Shown here one piece after another: positions 50,002 through 59,965 of a DNA stretch of 64,000 bases. The position numbers were made by a program, and so were the translations under genes. A model generated the notes under the pieces. The model was not told the origin of the DNA and made no database searches. It saw nothing but the letters and a program-made list of their open reading frames with translations. Each line of letters starts with the position of its first letter. The first letter of the stretch is position 1. Source of the stretch: Candidatus Eiseniibacteriota bacterium (GTDB lineage Bacteria; Eisenbacteria; RBG-16-71-46; CAVPCR01). The stretch is from NCBI GenBank assembly GCA_963823555.1, contig CAWGMA010000001.1:1216050-1280049 (forward strand), written 5' to 3'.

Positions 50002-52272
50002 ATGTCCAAGTCGCTCGTGATCGTCGAGTCGCCGACCAAGGCCAAGACCTTGACCAAGTTCCTGGGACGGAGCTTTCAGGTTCTGGCTTCGGGCGGGCAC
50101 ATCATGGACCTGCCCAAGTCCAAGCTCGGCGTGGACGTCGATCGAGACTTCGAGCCCCAGTACGTGACCATTCGCGGCAAGGGGCCGACGATCAAGGAGC
50201 TCAAGTCGGCGGCGAAGAAGGCCAAGGAAGTCTTCCTGGCCCCGGACCCGGACCGGGAGGGAGAAGCCATCGCCTGGCATCTGGCGCGGCAGCTGGGGAA
50301 CGGATCGCTCACGGTGCGGCGCCTCGCCTTCTACGAGATCACCAAGAAGGCGGTCGAGCGGGCGCTCAAGGAGCCCCGCACGATCGACATGAACATGGTC
50401 AACGCCCAGCAGGCGCGGCGCGTGATGGATCGTCTGGTGGGCTACCAGGTGAGCCCGCTCCTGTGGCGGACGATCCGCTATGGGCTCTCCGCCGGCCGCG
50501 TCCAGTCGGTGGCGCTGCGCATGGTGGTGGAGCGCGAGCGCGAGATCCAGGCCTTCGTGCCGGTCGAGTACTGGTCGATCACGGCGCTTCTCGAGACCCT
50601 GGCCCATGAGCGCTTCGAGGCCAAACTGGTGAAGATCGCCGGCCAGGCGCCGGAGATCAAGAACGAGATCGAGGCCCAGCGCATTGTCGATGAGCTCAAG
50701 CAGGGGCAGCCGCTGGTCCAGTCGGTCACGCGACAGGAGAAGCGGCGCTCGGCCAAACCGCCGTTCAAGACCTCGACCTTGCAGCAGGAGGCCTATCAGC
50801 GGCTGCGCTTCTCGTCGAAGAAGACCATGATGATCGCCCAGGAGCTCTACGAGGGGGTGGATGTTCCGGGCGAGGGCACCGTCGGTCTCATCACCTACAT
50901 GCGCACCGATTCGACGCGCATCGCCGGGGAAGCGGTGGATGAGGTCCGGGAGTTCATCAAGACCCGCTACGGCGATCGCTACCTCCCGGACGAGCCGCAG
51001 GTCTACGCCAAGAAGAGCGCGACCACTCAGGATGCCCATGAGGCGATCCGGCCCACCGCGGTGACCCGCACTCCCGAGTCCCTGCGCGGGGCCCTCTCGG
51101 CGCCCCAGCTCAAGCTCTACACCTTGATCTGGAACCGCTTCGTCGCCTGCCAGATGGGGCCGGCCGTCTTCGATGTGACCACGGTCGAAGTCGCCGTGGG
51201 CGACAAGATCCTACGGGCGACCGGCACCCTCCCCAAGTTCGACGGCTTCCTGCGCGTCTATGGCAGCGCGACCAACGGCGAGAACGGGAACGAGGAAGGC
51301 GAGGGCATGACCTTGCCCGCGGTCGCGGAGGGCGACCGGCTGGGCATGCGCAAGGTGACGCCCAAGCAGCACTTCACTCAGCCGCCGCCGCGCTACACCG
51401 AGGCCACCATCATCAAGGTTCTCGAGGCAGCCGGTATCGGCCGGCCGTCGACCTACGCCACGATCGTGTCGACCATCCTGAACCGCGACTACGTGATCAA
51501 GGAGAAGGGCGCGCTCAAGCCGACCGATCTCGGCATGACCGTGACCGATCTCCTGCTGCAGAACTTCCCCGACATCTTCGAGGTCCAGTTCACCGCGCGC
51601 ATGGAGGAGGAACTGGACAAGGTGGAGACCGGGGAGGACGAGTGGGTGAAGGTCGTCAGGGACTTCTACACTCCGTTCTCGAGCGACCTGGTCAAGGCCG
51701 AGGAGAAGCAGGCCGAGCTCAAGCAGTCGGTGCAGCAGGAGTCGGAGGTCGTGTGCGACACCTGCGGCCGCAACATGGTGAAGAAGTACGGACGGAACGG
51801 CCCGTTCCTGGCCTGTCCCGGCTATCCGGAGTGCCGCAACACGAAGCCCCTCGAGGGCGAGAGCGCCGCCATCGCCACCGACGAGGTGTGCACCAAGTGC
51901 GGCTCGCCGATGGTGGTGAAGAGCGGTCGTTTCGGCCGCTTCCTGGCCTGCTCGGCCTACCCCGAGTGCAAGAACACCGCATCGCTCAAGGTGGGGGTGG
52001 GGTGCCCGGAGACGGGCTGTACGGGGCAGCTCGTCGAGAAGCGGACCCGCCGCGGCAAGATGTTCTATGGCTGCGACCGCTACCCGGACTGCAAGTTCGC
52101 TCTCTGGCAGCGGCCGGTGCCGACTCCGTGCCGCGCCTGCGGCGCGCCCTTCATGGTGTTCCGCGAGACCAAGGCCCACGGACCCCACCACTACTGCTCA
52201 CGCTGCAAGGCCGTGGCGGCGATCGAGACAGACGAGACCGAGCTCCCCGAGGCCATGGAATCCGGCGCCTAG
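50002..52272 (+). CDS. topA: DNA topoisomerase I with C-terminal Zn-ribbon repeats
   Basis: TOPRIM (LVIVESPTKAKT), active-site Tyr region (GLITYMRTDS). Three CxxC...CxxC zinc ribbons at the C-terminus. Confidence 0.9.
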   Translation: MSKSLVIVESPTKAKTLTKFLGRSFQVLASGGHIMDLPKSKLGVDVDRDFEPQYVTIRGKGPTIKELKSAAKKAKEVFLAPDPDREGEAIAWHLARQLGNGSLTVRRLAFYEITKKAVERALKEPRTIDMNMVNAQQARRVMDRLVGYQVSPLLWRTIRYGLSAGRVQSVALRMVVEREREIQAFVPVEYWSITALLETLAHERFEAKLVKIAGQAPEIKNEIEAQRIVDELKQGQPLVQSVTRQEKRRSAKPPFKTSTLQQEAYQRLRFSSKKTMMIAQELYEGVDVPGEGTVGLITYMRTDSTRIAGEAVDEVREFIKTRYGDRYLPDEPQVYAKKSATTQDAHEAIRPTAVTRTPESLRGALSAPQLKLYTLIWNRFVACQMGPAVFDVTTVEVAVGDKILRATGTLPKFDGFLRVYGSATNGENGNEEGEGMTLPAVAEGDRLGMRKVTPKQHFTQPPPRYTEATIIKVLEAAGIGRPSTYATIVSTILNRDYVIKEKGALKPTDLGMTVTDLLLQNFPDIFEVQFTARMEEELDKVETGEDEWVKVVRDFYTPFSSDLVKAEEKQAELKQSVQQESEVVCDTCGRNMVKKYGRNGPFLACPGYPECRNTKPLEGESAAIATDEVCTKCGSPMVVKSGRFGRFLACSAYPECKNTASLKVGVGCPETGCTGQLVEKRTRRGKMFYGCDRYPDCKFALWQRPVPTPCRACGAPFMVFRETKAHGPHHYCSRCKAVAAIETDETELPEAMESGA

Positions 52273-52296
52273 GCGCCGGGTGCGAGGGCTCCCTCG

Positions 52297-53634
52297 ATGC
52301 GCGAGGCCTGGGTCATCGGGGGCGGTCTCGCCGGCGCCGAGGCGGCCTTCCAGGCGGCCGAGCGTGGCGTCCCGGTCCGTCTCTTCGAGATGCGCCCCCA
52401 CCGCATGACGCCGGCGCATCAGACTGACGGCCTCGCCGAGCTCGTGTGCTCGAACTCGTTCAAGTCGGAGGCGATCACGGCCGCGCACGGTCTCCTCAAG
52501 CGCGAGCTCCGTGACCTGGGCGGCCTCCTGGTTCGCATCGCGGACCAGGTCCGGGTGCCTGCCGGGCGCGCCCTGGCGGTGGATCGCCAGGCCTTCTCCG
52601 CGCAGGTCGAAGCCGTCCTTTCCGCCCATCCCCGCATCACGATCGTGCGTGCGGAGCAAACCGCGCTGCCGGATGATCGTCCGGCGGTGATTGCCACGGG
52701 CCCCTTGACCTCTGATGCCCTCGCTCAGAACCTCGCCGCCCGGGTGGGCGCCGGCTCGCTCTTCTTCTTCGACGCCATCGCGCCCATCGTCGATGCCGAC
52801 TCCATCGATCGCGAGAAGGTCTTTGCCGGTTCGCGCTATGGGCACGGCGAGGACTACCTGAACTGCCCGCTCGATGAGGGCGAGTACCAGCGATTGCGAG
52901 CGGAGATCCTGGCGGCCGAGCCGGCGGAGGTGAAGGATTTCGACCGCAAGCGGTTGTTCGAGGCGTGCCTGCCAGTCGAGGAGCTGGCCGCGCGCGGCGA
53001 GCTGACGCTGGCATTCGGTCCCATGAAGCCCGTGGGGCTCAGGGACCCGCGCACCGGACGCCGTCCCTTCGCCTTGGTGCAGCTGCGGGCCGAGAACCGC
53101 GAGCGCACCATGTACGGCCTCGTCGGCTTCCAGACGCGGCTCAAGTACGGGGAGCAGGAGCGGGTGCTGCGCATGATTCCGGGGCTGGAAGGCGCCGAGT
53201 TCCTGCGGCTGGGTTCGATGCATCGCAACTCCTTCCTCGAAGCACCGGAGGTCCTGGACGCCGATCTCCGGCTGCGTGCCGCCGATCATCTTCTGGTGGC
53301 GGGACAGCTGACCGGGGCCGAGGGTTACTGCGAGGCGATGGCCACGGGCTTCGTCGCCGGTATCAACCTGGCGCGGCTGGTGGAGGGGCGCGAGCGACTG
53401 GTCTTTCCCCCGGAGACGGCCATCGGGGCGCTCACCCGCTACCTGGCCACGGCTCCAGTGCGGCCCTTCCAGCCCATGAACTTCAACTTCGGTCTCCTGC
53501 CGGCGCTGGCGCGCCAGAGGAGCCGCATCGCCAAGAAGGAAGCGTTCGCCGAACGCGCCCTGGCGGCGCTCCGCACTCTCTCCGATGCGACACCGGACCT
53601 CATGTCGCGCTCGCCCGCCATCCGCGGCCTGTAG
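52297..53634 (+). CDS. trmFO: methylenetetrahydrofolate--tRNA-(uracil54-C5)-methyltransferase TrmFO (Gid)
   Basis: FAD-binding VIGGGLAGAEAA and TrmFO-specific ELVCSNS motif. topA-trmFO adjacency as in Firmicutes. Confidence 0.9.
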   Translation: MREAWVIGGGLAGAEAAFQAAERGVPVRLFEMRPHRMTPAHQTDGLAELVCSNSFKSEAITAAHGLLKRELRDLGGLLVRIADQVRVPAGRALAVDRQAFSAQVEAVLSAHPRITIVRAEQTALPDDRPAVIATGPLTSDALAQNLAARVGAGSLFFFDAIAPIVDADSIDREKVFAGSRYGHGEDYLNCPLDEGEYQRLRAEILAAEPAEVKDFDRKRLFEACLPVEELAARGELTLAFGPMKPVGLRDPRTGRRPFALVQLRAENRERTMYGLVGFQTRLKYGEQERVLRMIPGLEGAEFLRLGSMHRNSFLEAPEVLDADLRLRAADHLLVAGQLTGAEGYCEAMATGFVAGINLARLVEGRERLVFPPETAIGALTRYLATAPVRPFQPMNFNFGLLPALARQRSRIAKKEAFAERALAALRTLSDATPDLMSRSPAIRGL

Positions 53635-53730
53635 GAACGCGTGTCGAGGCGGCGCTTCTTGACGCAGTTCGGGGCGGCAGCTATCTTTCGCGGGGTCCAT
53701 TCTCCCCGCCAACCCAACAAAGGAGCCTTG

Positions 53731-54972
53731 ATGTCGAGATTCCCGCGGTCGCGAGCGAGCGGCCTGCCGGTTCCGTGTCTGCTCTCGGTGCTCGTCCTCC
53801 TCTTGGCGCCCGCGGTCCGCGCCGGTGACGAGCCCCCCAGCTTCTCGGCCGAGAAGCTCGATGAACTGGTAGCGCCAGTCGCCCTCTATCCTGATCCGAT
53901 CCTCTCCCAGGTGATGACCGCGTCCACGTTTCCCGATCAGGTCCAGGCGGCCAACGAGTGGTCCACCCAGCACAAGGATCTGCAGGGCGACGCCCTCGCG
54001 CAGGCGATGGCCGATGCCAACCTGGACTGGGATCCGAGCGTCCAGGCGCTCCTTCCGTTCCCGTCCGTGCTCGAGAACATGGCCCGCGACCCGAGCTGGC
54101 TCCGGGATTTCGGGAACGCCGTCCTCGCCCAGCGCGGGGACACGATGGATGCGGTGCAGCGCATGCGCAAGAAGGCGCAGGACGCCGGCAACCTGCAGAG
54201 CTCCGAGTACATGACGGTCGAGAGCACGAGCCCCACCGTGATCGAGATCCAGCCGGCCGACCCGCAGGTCATCTACGTGCCGACCTACGATCCGGCGGTC
54301 GTTTACGCCCCGCCACCCCCGTCCTCGAGCGGCAATGTAGCCGCGGCGGCTCTCTTCGGCTTCGCCGCGGGAGTCATGGTGGCCGAGGTGTTCGATGATG
54401 ACTGGTATGGTGGCTGCGGCTTCTACTGGGGCTCGCACACGGTCGTCGTCCACAACTCGGCGTGGGGCTGTACCTGGGGGAACCGCTACACCTATCACCC
54501 GCCGTATCCTCCGCCGCGCAATATCCACGTTGATCGCAACGTGAACATCAACACCGGTGACATCAACATCGGGAACGACGTGAACATCAAGGGCGGCAAC
54601 AAGAACGTGAACATCAAGGGTGGTGATAAGACGACGAACATCGGCAGCGGCAACAACAAGAAAGCCGTCGCCGACAAGAAGGCCGGCGTGACCGACCAGA
54701 GGGTGGGCGCCGACAAGGGCAAGGCGGGAGCCGCGGCGGCAGCCAGGCCGCAGCCGAGCAAGCCGAGCGCAGCCACGGCGCAGCGCGGCTACAAGCAGAA
54801 CCCGCAGGCCAACTCCAAGAGCGCGATGAGCGGAATCCAGAACGGAAGGACCGAGTCGTCGGCCGCCAAGCGTGGCAAGGCCAGCACGGGTGGTAAGGTG
54901 CCCGCCGCTAGCAAGGCAAGCGCCGGCAAGGCGAAAGCCGGGAGCAGGGCCGGCGCGCGAGGAGGCAGGTAA
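53731..54972 (+). CDS. DUF3300 domain secreted protein with Asn/Ile-rich repeats and Lys/Ala-rich C-terminal tail
   Basis: Signal peptide. EKLDELVAPVALYPDPILSQVMTASTFPDQV is the DUF3300 signature. NVNINTGDINIGNDVNIKGGNKNVNIKGG repeats. Histone-H1-like K/A-rich tail. Confidence 0.7.
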   Translation: MSRFPRSRASGLPVPCLLSVLVLLLAPAVRAGDEPPSFSAEKLDELVAPVALYPDPILSQVMTASTFPDQVQAANEWSTQHKDLQGDALAQAMADANLDWDPSVQALLPFPSVLENMARDPSWLRDFGNAVLAQRGDTMDAVQRMRKKAQDAGNLQSSEYMTVESTSPTVIEIQPADPQVIYVPTYDPAVVYAPPPPSSSGNVAAAALFGFAAGVMVAEVFDDDWYGGCGFYWGSHTVVVHNSAWGCTWGNRYTYHPPYPPPRNIHVDRNVNINTGDINIGNDVNIKGGNKNVNIKGGDKTTNIGSGNNKKAVADKKAGVTDQRVGADKGKAGAAAAARPQPSKPSAATAQRGYKQNPQANSKSAMSGIQNGRTESSAAKRGKASTGGKVPAASKASAGKAKAGSRAGARGGR

Positions 54973-55913
54973 TGAGACGATGGATCGCATCGGGAAGATG
55001 GCCGCTGATCGCATGCCTCGTCATGGCCGTGCTCGTCCTCGGTTGCGGCGGGCAGAAGGCGGGCAAGGAGCGTACCTTCGCCACACCCGACGATGCCGTG
55101 CGGGCCCTGGTGGCGGCCGTGGAGTCCAAGTCCAGTGCGGAGATCAAGGCGATCGTCGGGCCGCACTTGGTCGATTTGATCATCGGTGACGAGGACGCGA
55201 ACGCCGATGTCCTGCGCTCCGAGTTCGTGCGTGTGGCGCGGCGCGGGATCAAGGTCCAGCCCGATCCCGACAACCCGGCGCAGCAGATCGCCTATCTTGG
55301 ACGGCGGGAGTGGCCGTTCCCGGCTCCTCTCGTGCGCGAGGGTAACGCCTGGCGTTTCGATGGCCAGGCTGGCGCCGACGAGGTCGTGTTCCGGCGCGTT
55401 GGCCGGAACGAGCTCGCGGTCATCGCCCTGTGCATGGGCTATGAGGACGCTCAGGCCGAGTACGCAGCGGCGGATCACGACGGGGACGGGATCCTCCAGT
55501 ACGCGATCCGCATCAACTCGACGCCGGGCCTGACCGATGGCCTCTACTGGAGCACGGCGAGCGGCCAGGATATGAGCCCGGTCGGGCCGTTCGTTGCCGC
55601 CGCTGCCGTCGGCGAAGAAGTGGCGGGGGGTGAGCCGGAGCCGGTGAGCGGCTATTGGGTGCGTCTCCTGCCGGCGACGCGTCCCGGCCCCGGGGTGCCG
55701 GGCCCGAAGGCCGAACCGGGGGCTCTCGTTCCGGCCGTGCTGTGGCCTGCCGAGTACGGCTTCACGGGGGTGAGCACCTTCGCCGTGGATGCGATGGGCA
55801 AGATCTACGAGAAGGACCTTGGCGAGAAGACCGCGGAGATCGTCGAAACGATGACGGGATTCACCCCGGACGCCACCTGGGAGCCGGTCGCCAGGGAGTG
55901 GGAAGAGGGTTGA
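54972..55913 (+). CDS. DUF2950 domain lipoprotein
   Basis: Lipobox-like LVLGCGG. DUF2950-like body. TAATG overlap with the DUF3300 gene (the two families are commonly adjacent). Confidence 0.65.
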   Translation: MRRWIASGRWPLIACLVMAVLVLGCGGQKAGKERTFATPDDAVRALVAAVESKSSAEIKAIVGPHLVDLIIGDEDANADVLRSEFVRVARRGIKVQPDPDNPAQQIAYLGRREWPFPAPLVREGNAWRFDGQAGADEVVFRRVGRNELAVIALCMGYEDAQAEYAAADHDGDGILQYAIRINSTPGLTDGLYWSTASGQDMSPVGPFVAAAAVGEEVAGGEPEPVSGYWVRLLPATRPGPGVPGPKAEPGALVPAVLWPAEYGFTGVSTFAVDAMGKIYEKDLGEKTAEIVETMTGFTPDATWEPVAREWEEG

Positions 55914-55929
55914 TGCTCCGGGGAACGGG

Positions 55930-56373
55930 ATGACGCGACGCGGTGCTGCTTTCGTGGCGGCTGCCTGGCTTGTGATGTCCGTCGGCTGCGCCAAGACGCA
56001 AACATCGAGCACGACGCCGGTGCCGGTGGTGACGCCACCCTCGCCGCCTGTGGTCGAGCCCGCTCCGCTCCCGCCACCCGCCCCGCCCGCGGAGAGCGGG
56101 CCCACGCTCGCGATCGTTCGCACGTATGAGGAGACGCTCGCCGGCGGCAAACGGAGCGTGAAGCTCGTCCTTAGTGGGGAGGAAGATGACGCCCGCGTAG
56201 CGCGACTGCTCACAGACTACGTGCATGACAACAGGCGTGAGGGTGAGGAGCTCTGGGTCGCCGTCTTCTTCGAGGGGATGGATCTGCAATCGATCGAGTA
56301 CGCCTTCGCCGTGGCCAAGCCGGGCCGGAGGCCCTACATCACGGTGCGCGAGTCGCTGCAGACCTATCGCTGA
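55930..56373 (+). CDS. hypothetical lipoprotein with Pro-rich linker
   Basis: MSVGCAK lipobox, PVPVVTPPSPPVVEPAPLPPPAPP linker, small globular C-domain. Confidence 0.5.
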   Translation: MTRRGAAFVAAAWLVMSVGCAKTQTSSTTPVPVVTPPSPPVVEPAPLPPPAPPAESGPTLAIVRTYEETLAGGKRSVKLVLSGEEDDARVARLLTDYVHDNRREGEELWVAVFFEGMDLQSIEYAFAVAKPGRRPYITVRESLQTYR

Positions 56374-56401
56374 TCACGCCGGGCGAGTGCGGAGACGCCG
56401 G

Positions 56402-56611
56402 ATGAACGGGGAGCTCTCGAGAAGCGGCTGGCAGCGAGCCCGCGACGGCCGGATCCTCGCCGGCGTGTGCGCTGGCTTTGCCGCGGCGAAGGGTGTGTCG
56501 CCCTGGCTCGTGCGCGGGGTCGCGCTGTTCGCCGTGGTGGTGACCCTGGGCCTGGCGGTCGTCGTCTACGGGATCCTCGCCGTCATCCTGCCCGAGGAGG
56601 GGGCCGAGTGA
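56402..56611 (+). CDS. PspC-domain membrane protein
   Basis: [48 protein letters not shown] matches the PspC domain (PF04024). Confidence 0.65.
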   Translation: MNGELSRSGWQRARDGRILAGVCAGFAAAKGVSPWLVRGVALFAVVVTLGLAVVVYGILAVILPEEGAE

Positions 56612-57552
56612 GGCGCCAGGGAAGTCCGCGCCACGGCCCCGAGGATGCGGCTCCAGCCGATCTCGCTGCCGCGATCGGGGCCTATCTCCAGCACCTCGCA
56701 CACGAGCGGCGGTTGTCGCCGCATTCGGTGGCCGCGTACCGGCGTGATCTCGCCGCCTTTGCGAATTCGGTCGCCGGCGGCGAGGATCGTTCACCCGAGC
56801 TCTCCCACTTCGATCGGGAAGCCGCGACCGCCTTCCTCCGCGCCACGACCGGGATGGGCCTCGCCGCTCGCACCGTGGCGCGCCGGCTGGCCGCGGTGCG
56901 CGGCCTGGCCCGTTTCCTCCGGCGCCATGGTTGGCTTCCGGACGATCCCACCACGGCCATCCGCTCACCGCGCTTGCCGAAGGCGTTGCCCAGAGTTCTG
57001 CCCGCCGGTGAGCTCGCTCGCGCGCTCGATGCCATCCCGCTCCAGGCGGGATCGGAGGTTCGGGACCGGGCCATCATCGAGCTCCTCTACTCGACCGGGA
57101 TCCGGCTCTCCGAGCTGGTGTCACTCGACGACGAGGACGTCGATCTCGATCGGGGTCTCGTTCGCGTCATGGGGAAGGGGGGCAAGGAGCGGCTCGCGGT
57201 CCTGGGTCGGACGGCGATCGCTGCGCTCAGGGCCTACCAGGACACGCGGCCGGCGGGGGAGGGCTCGTTCTTCCGTGGGCGGAGCGGTCGCCGGCTCGCG
57301 CGGCGCACGATCCAGCGCCTGGTCCGGGCGCGGCTCCTGGGCCTCGCTCATGGACTCGAGGTGAGCCCGCACGTTCTCCGGCACAGCTTCGCCACGCATC
57401 TTCTCGATCGCGGGGCGCCGATCCGCGAGGTGCAGGAGCTCCTCGGGCACGCCTCGATCTCGTCGACCCAGATCTACACTCACGTCACCGCGGCACGGTT
57501 GCGCGAGGTGTATGCGCTCGCCCACCCGCGGGCGCGCCGGCAACGGGGATAG
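56608..57552 (+). CDS. xerC: tyrosine recombinase XerC/XerD
   Basis: GTG start overlapping the pspC stop (GTGA). R..HxxR..Y catalytic residues ([13 protein letters not shown]; [12 protein letters not shown]; [16 protein letters not shown]). Confidence 0.85.
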   Translation: MRRQGSPRHGPEDAAPADLAAAIGAYLQHLAHERRLSPHSVAAYRRDLAAFANSVAGGEDRSPELSHFDREAATAFLRATTGMGLAARTVARRLAAVRGLARFLRRHGWLPDDPTTAIRSPRLPKALPRVLPAGELARALDAIPLQAGSEVRDRAIIELLYSTGIRLSELVSLDDEDVDLDRGLVRVMGKGGKERLAVLGRTAIAALRAYQDTRPAGEGSFFRGRSGRRLARRTIQRLVRARLLGLAHGLEVSPHVLRHSFATHLLDRGAPIREVQELLGHASISSTQIYTHVTAARLREVYALAHPRARRQRG

Positions 57553-57558
57553 CCCGCG

Positions 57559-58341
57559 ATGGCTAGTGAACAAGATCTCGAACGGCGTCTGGAGGAACTC
57601 CATCGGCTGGCGGTGCGCCACTGCCGCGCGGGGAGCCGGGACGAGGCGCTGGCCGCGGTCGAGGGATTGCTGGCCGCCGGCTTTCCCGACCTCAGAGGGC
57701 TCATGGAGGACAAGGACCTGGCGATCCTGCGCGAGGACGAGCGCTTCCGATCCATGATCCGCAAGGTCTCGATCGAGCGCTACATCGCCATGCTGGAGCG
57801 AGAGGAGCGGGCCGCGTTCCAGAAGCCGGATCAAGTCATGGCCGCGCTCGCATTCCGCGGCGGCGAGCGCGTGGCCGATATCGGGGCCGGGTCGAGCTAC
57901 TTCACGATTCCGATCGCCCGGGCGGTGGGTCCCGCGGGGAAGGTCTGGGCCCTCGATATCCGGCAGGAGCTGCTCGACTACGCGCGGCGGAAGATCGAAG
58001 CGGCGGGCGTGACCAACGTCGTCCTGGATCTGGTCCCTGCCGATGACCCGCAGCTCCGGGCGGAGAGCGTCGACACGATCCTGATGGTGGATACGATCCA
58101 CTACATCGCGGACCGCACGGCCTATGCTCGGAAGCTCCGCCGCGCGATCGCACCCGGAGGCCGGGTGGTGATCATCGACTACATTCCCAGACCGTGGTCC
58201 GAGCGGCCCTTCGGGCCGGCACCCGAACAGCAGATACCGCGCGCCACGATCGATCGGGAACTGGCGGCCGCCGGGCTCGAGCCGCGGCGCGTGCACGACT
58301 TCCTGCCCGAGCAGTATTTCGTCGAATACGGGGCTTCCTGA
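57559..58341 (+). CDS. class I SAM-dependent methyltransferase
   Basis: VADIGAGSSYFTIPIA...VWALDI SAM-binding motif. Confidence 0.75.
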   Translation: MASEQDLERRLEELHRLAVRHCRAGSRDEALAAVEGLLAAGFPDLRGLMEDKDLAILREDERFRSMIRKVSIERYIAMLEREERAAFQKPDQVMAALAFRGGERVADIGAGSSYFTIPIARAVGPAGKVWALDIRQELLDYARRKIEAAGVTNVVLDLVPADDPQLRAESVDTILMVDTIHYIADRTAYARKLRRAIAPGGRVVIIDYIPRPWSERPFGPAPEQQIPRATIDRELAAAGLEPRRVHDFLPEQYFVEYGAS

Positions 58342-58369
58342 CGACTCCGGGCCCGGCTCCGGCTCCCAC

Positions 58370-59965
58370 TCACTCGCCGCCGCCCGTGAAGCCCTTGATG
58401 ACTTCAGCCACCTGCCAGACGGTGTCGATCACCGTGCCGTCGACCCACTTGACGACGGCCACCGGCCGCTCGGTGACACGCGCCCGGCGCGGCTTGCCGC
58501 CGCAGAGCCGCTCGACCTCGGCCTGGATCTCCTCGATCGGCCGGATCGGCAGATCCGAGCCCTTGACGCGCGTCGAGCAGATCCCCGCGCCGCGGGTTGA
58601 TGGCGATGCCGCGCTCGGTGACCACGACGTCGATCAGCTCCCCGGGCCCGGTGAGGGTCGTCACCTCGTCGACGATCACCGGGATCCGGTCGCGGAACGA
58701 GGGCACGGCGAGGATCGTGCAGCCGGCGAAGAGGCAGTTCTGCCAGCCGCCGATGCCGTGCAGCAGGCGGCCGTCGGAGTGGGTGACGACGTTGGCGTTG
58801 AAGTCGACGTCGACCTCGGTGGCGCCGAGAACAGCGACATCGACCATGCGAGGCGAAGTTGCCCTTGCCGTGGTAGTTGTAGGAGGTGAAGGGGGAGGTG
58901 GCGACGTGGCGCGGGTTCTCGGCGATCGAGCGCACGGCGTCGAGGTCGAAGGTCTGACCGTCGAGGATGTAGTCGGTCAGGCCCTCGCGCAGCATCTCGA
59001 CCAGGTAGCGGGTCGAGCCGCCGCGCACGAAGCCGGCGCTTGCACCCCGCCCTCGCGCATCATCTCGGCCAGGAAGGCGACGAAGGCCAGCGCGATGCCG
59101 CCGGCGCCGGCCTGGAACGAGAAGCCGTCGCGCATGATCCCGGCGTCGCGGATGAAGCGTGCCACGAGCTCGGCGATCAGCAGGCGATCGGGGCTCGTGT
59201 GATCTGCGTCGTGCCGGAGACGATCTTCGCCGGGTCGCCGATCGAGTCCACCTCGACCACGCAGTCGACGTTGTTGCCCTGGATCTGCCACGGGATGCAG
59301 GGGAACGGGACCAGGTTGTCGGTGACGACGATGACGTGGTCGGCGTAGATCGAGTCGGCCAGCGCGAAGCCCAGCGAGCCGCAGGCGGACGGCCCGTGGG
59401 AACCGTTGGCGTTGCCGAACGGGTCGGCGGTGGGCGCGGCGATGACCGCGATGTCGATCTGGACCTCGCCGTCCTGGATCGCCTGCCAGCGGCCGCCGTG
59501 GGAGCGCAGCACGCCCAGCCCGCGCATCTTCGCCTGCGAGCAGTAGTCGCCGAGCGGGCCGTTCATGCTGCCCTCGATGTGGTGCACGACACCCCGCTCC
59601 ATCAGCTCGATCACCGGCTCGTGGCAGGGGAACGAGGCGCTGGGGAACCACATGAGGTCCTGCACGCCCATCTCGGCCGCGGTCTCGCAGCACCTCGAGC
59701 GCGACCCGGTCGCCGTTGCGCAGGTGGTGGTGGATCGAGATGACCATGCCGTCGCGCAGGCCGCACTTCTCGAGGGCGGTCGCGGAGGCTCGCGACCCGC
59801 TTGTCGCCGTTCGCCGGGTAGTCCGTGGCGCGAGCGATCGGCGGCGCGGCCTTGCTGGCCGGTAGCGGGGTGCTTGCCGACCCCGGCAAACGGAGCTTGC
59901 GGCTTCCCGTTGACGACCGTGGGAACCAGACGGCCGGCGCGTTCCGTGCGAGGTCCGTCTGGGCG
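58370..59965 (-). pseudogene. citF: citrate lyase alpha subunit (citrate CoA-transferase), disrupted by multiple frameshifts
   Basis: CitF blocks found in three frames: GLRDGMVISIHHHLRNGD; DLMWFPSASFPCHEPVIELMERGVVHHIEG; CGSLGFALADSIYADHVIVVTDNLVPFP...VDSIGDPAKI; SPDRLLIAELVARFIRDAGIMRDGFSFQAGAGG; GSTRYLVEMLREGLTDYILDGQTFDLDAVRSIAENPRHV; C-terminus VAVVKWVDGTVIDTVWQVAEVIKGFTGGGE*. Start boundary approximate. Confidence 0.6.
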
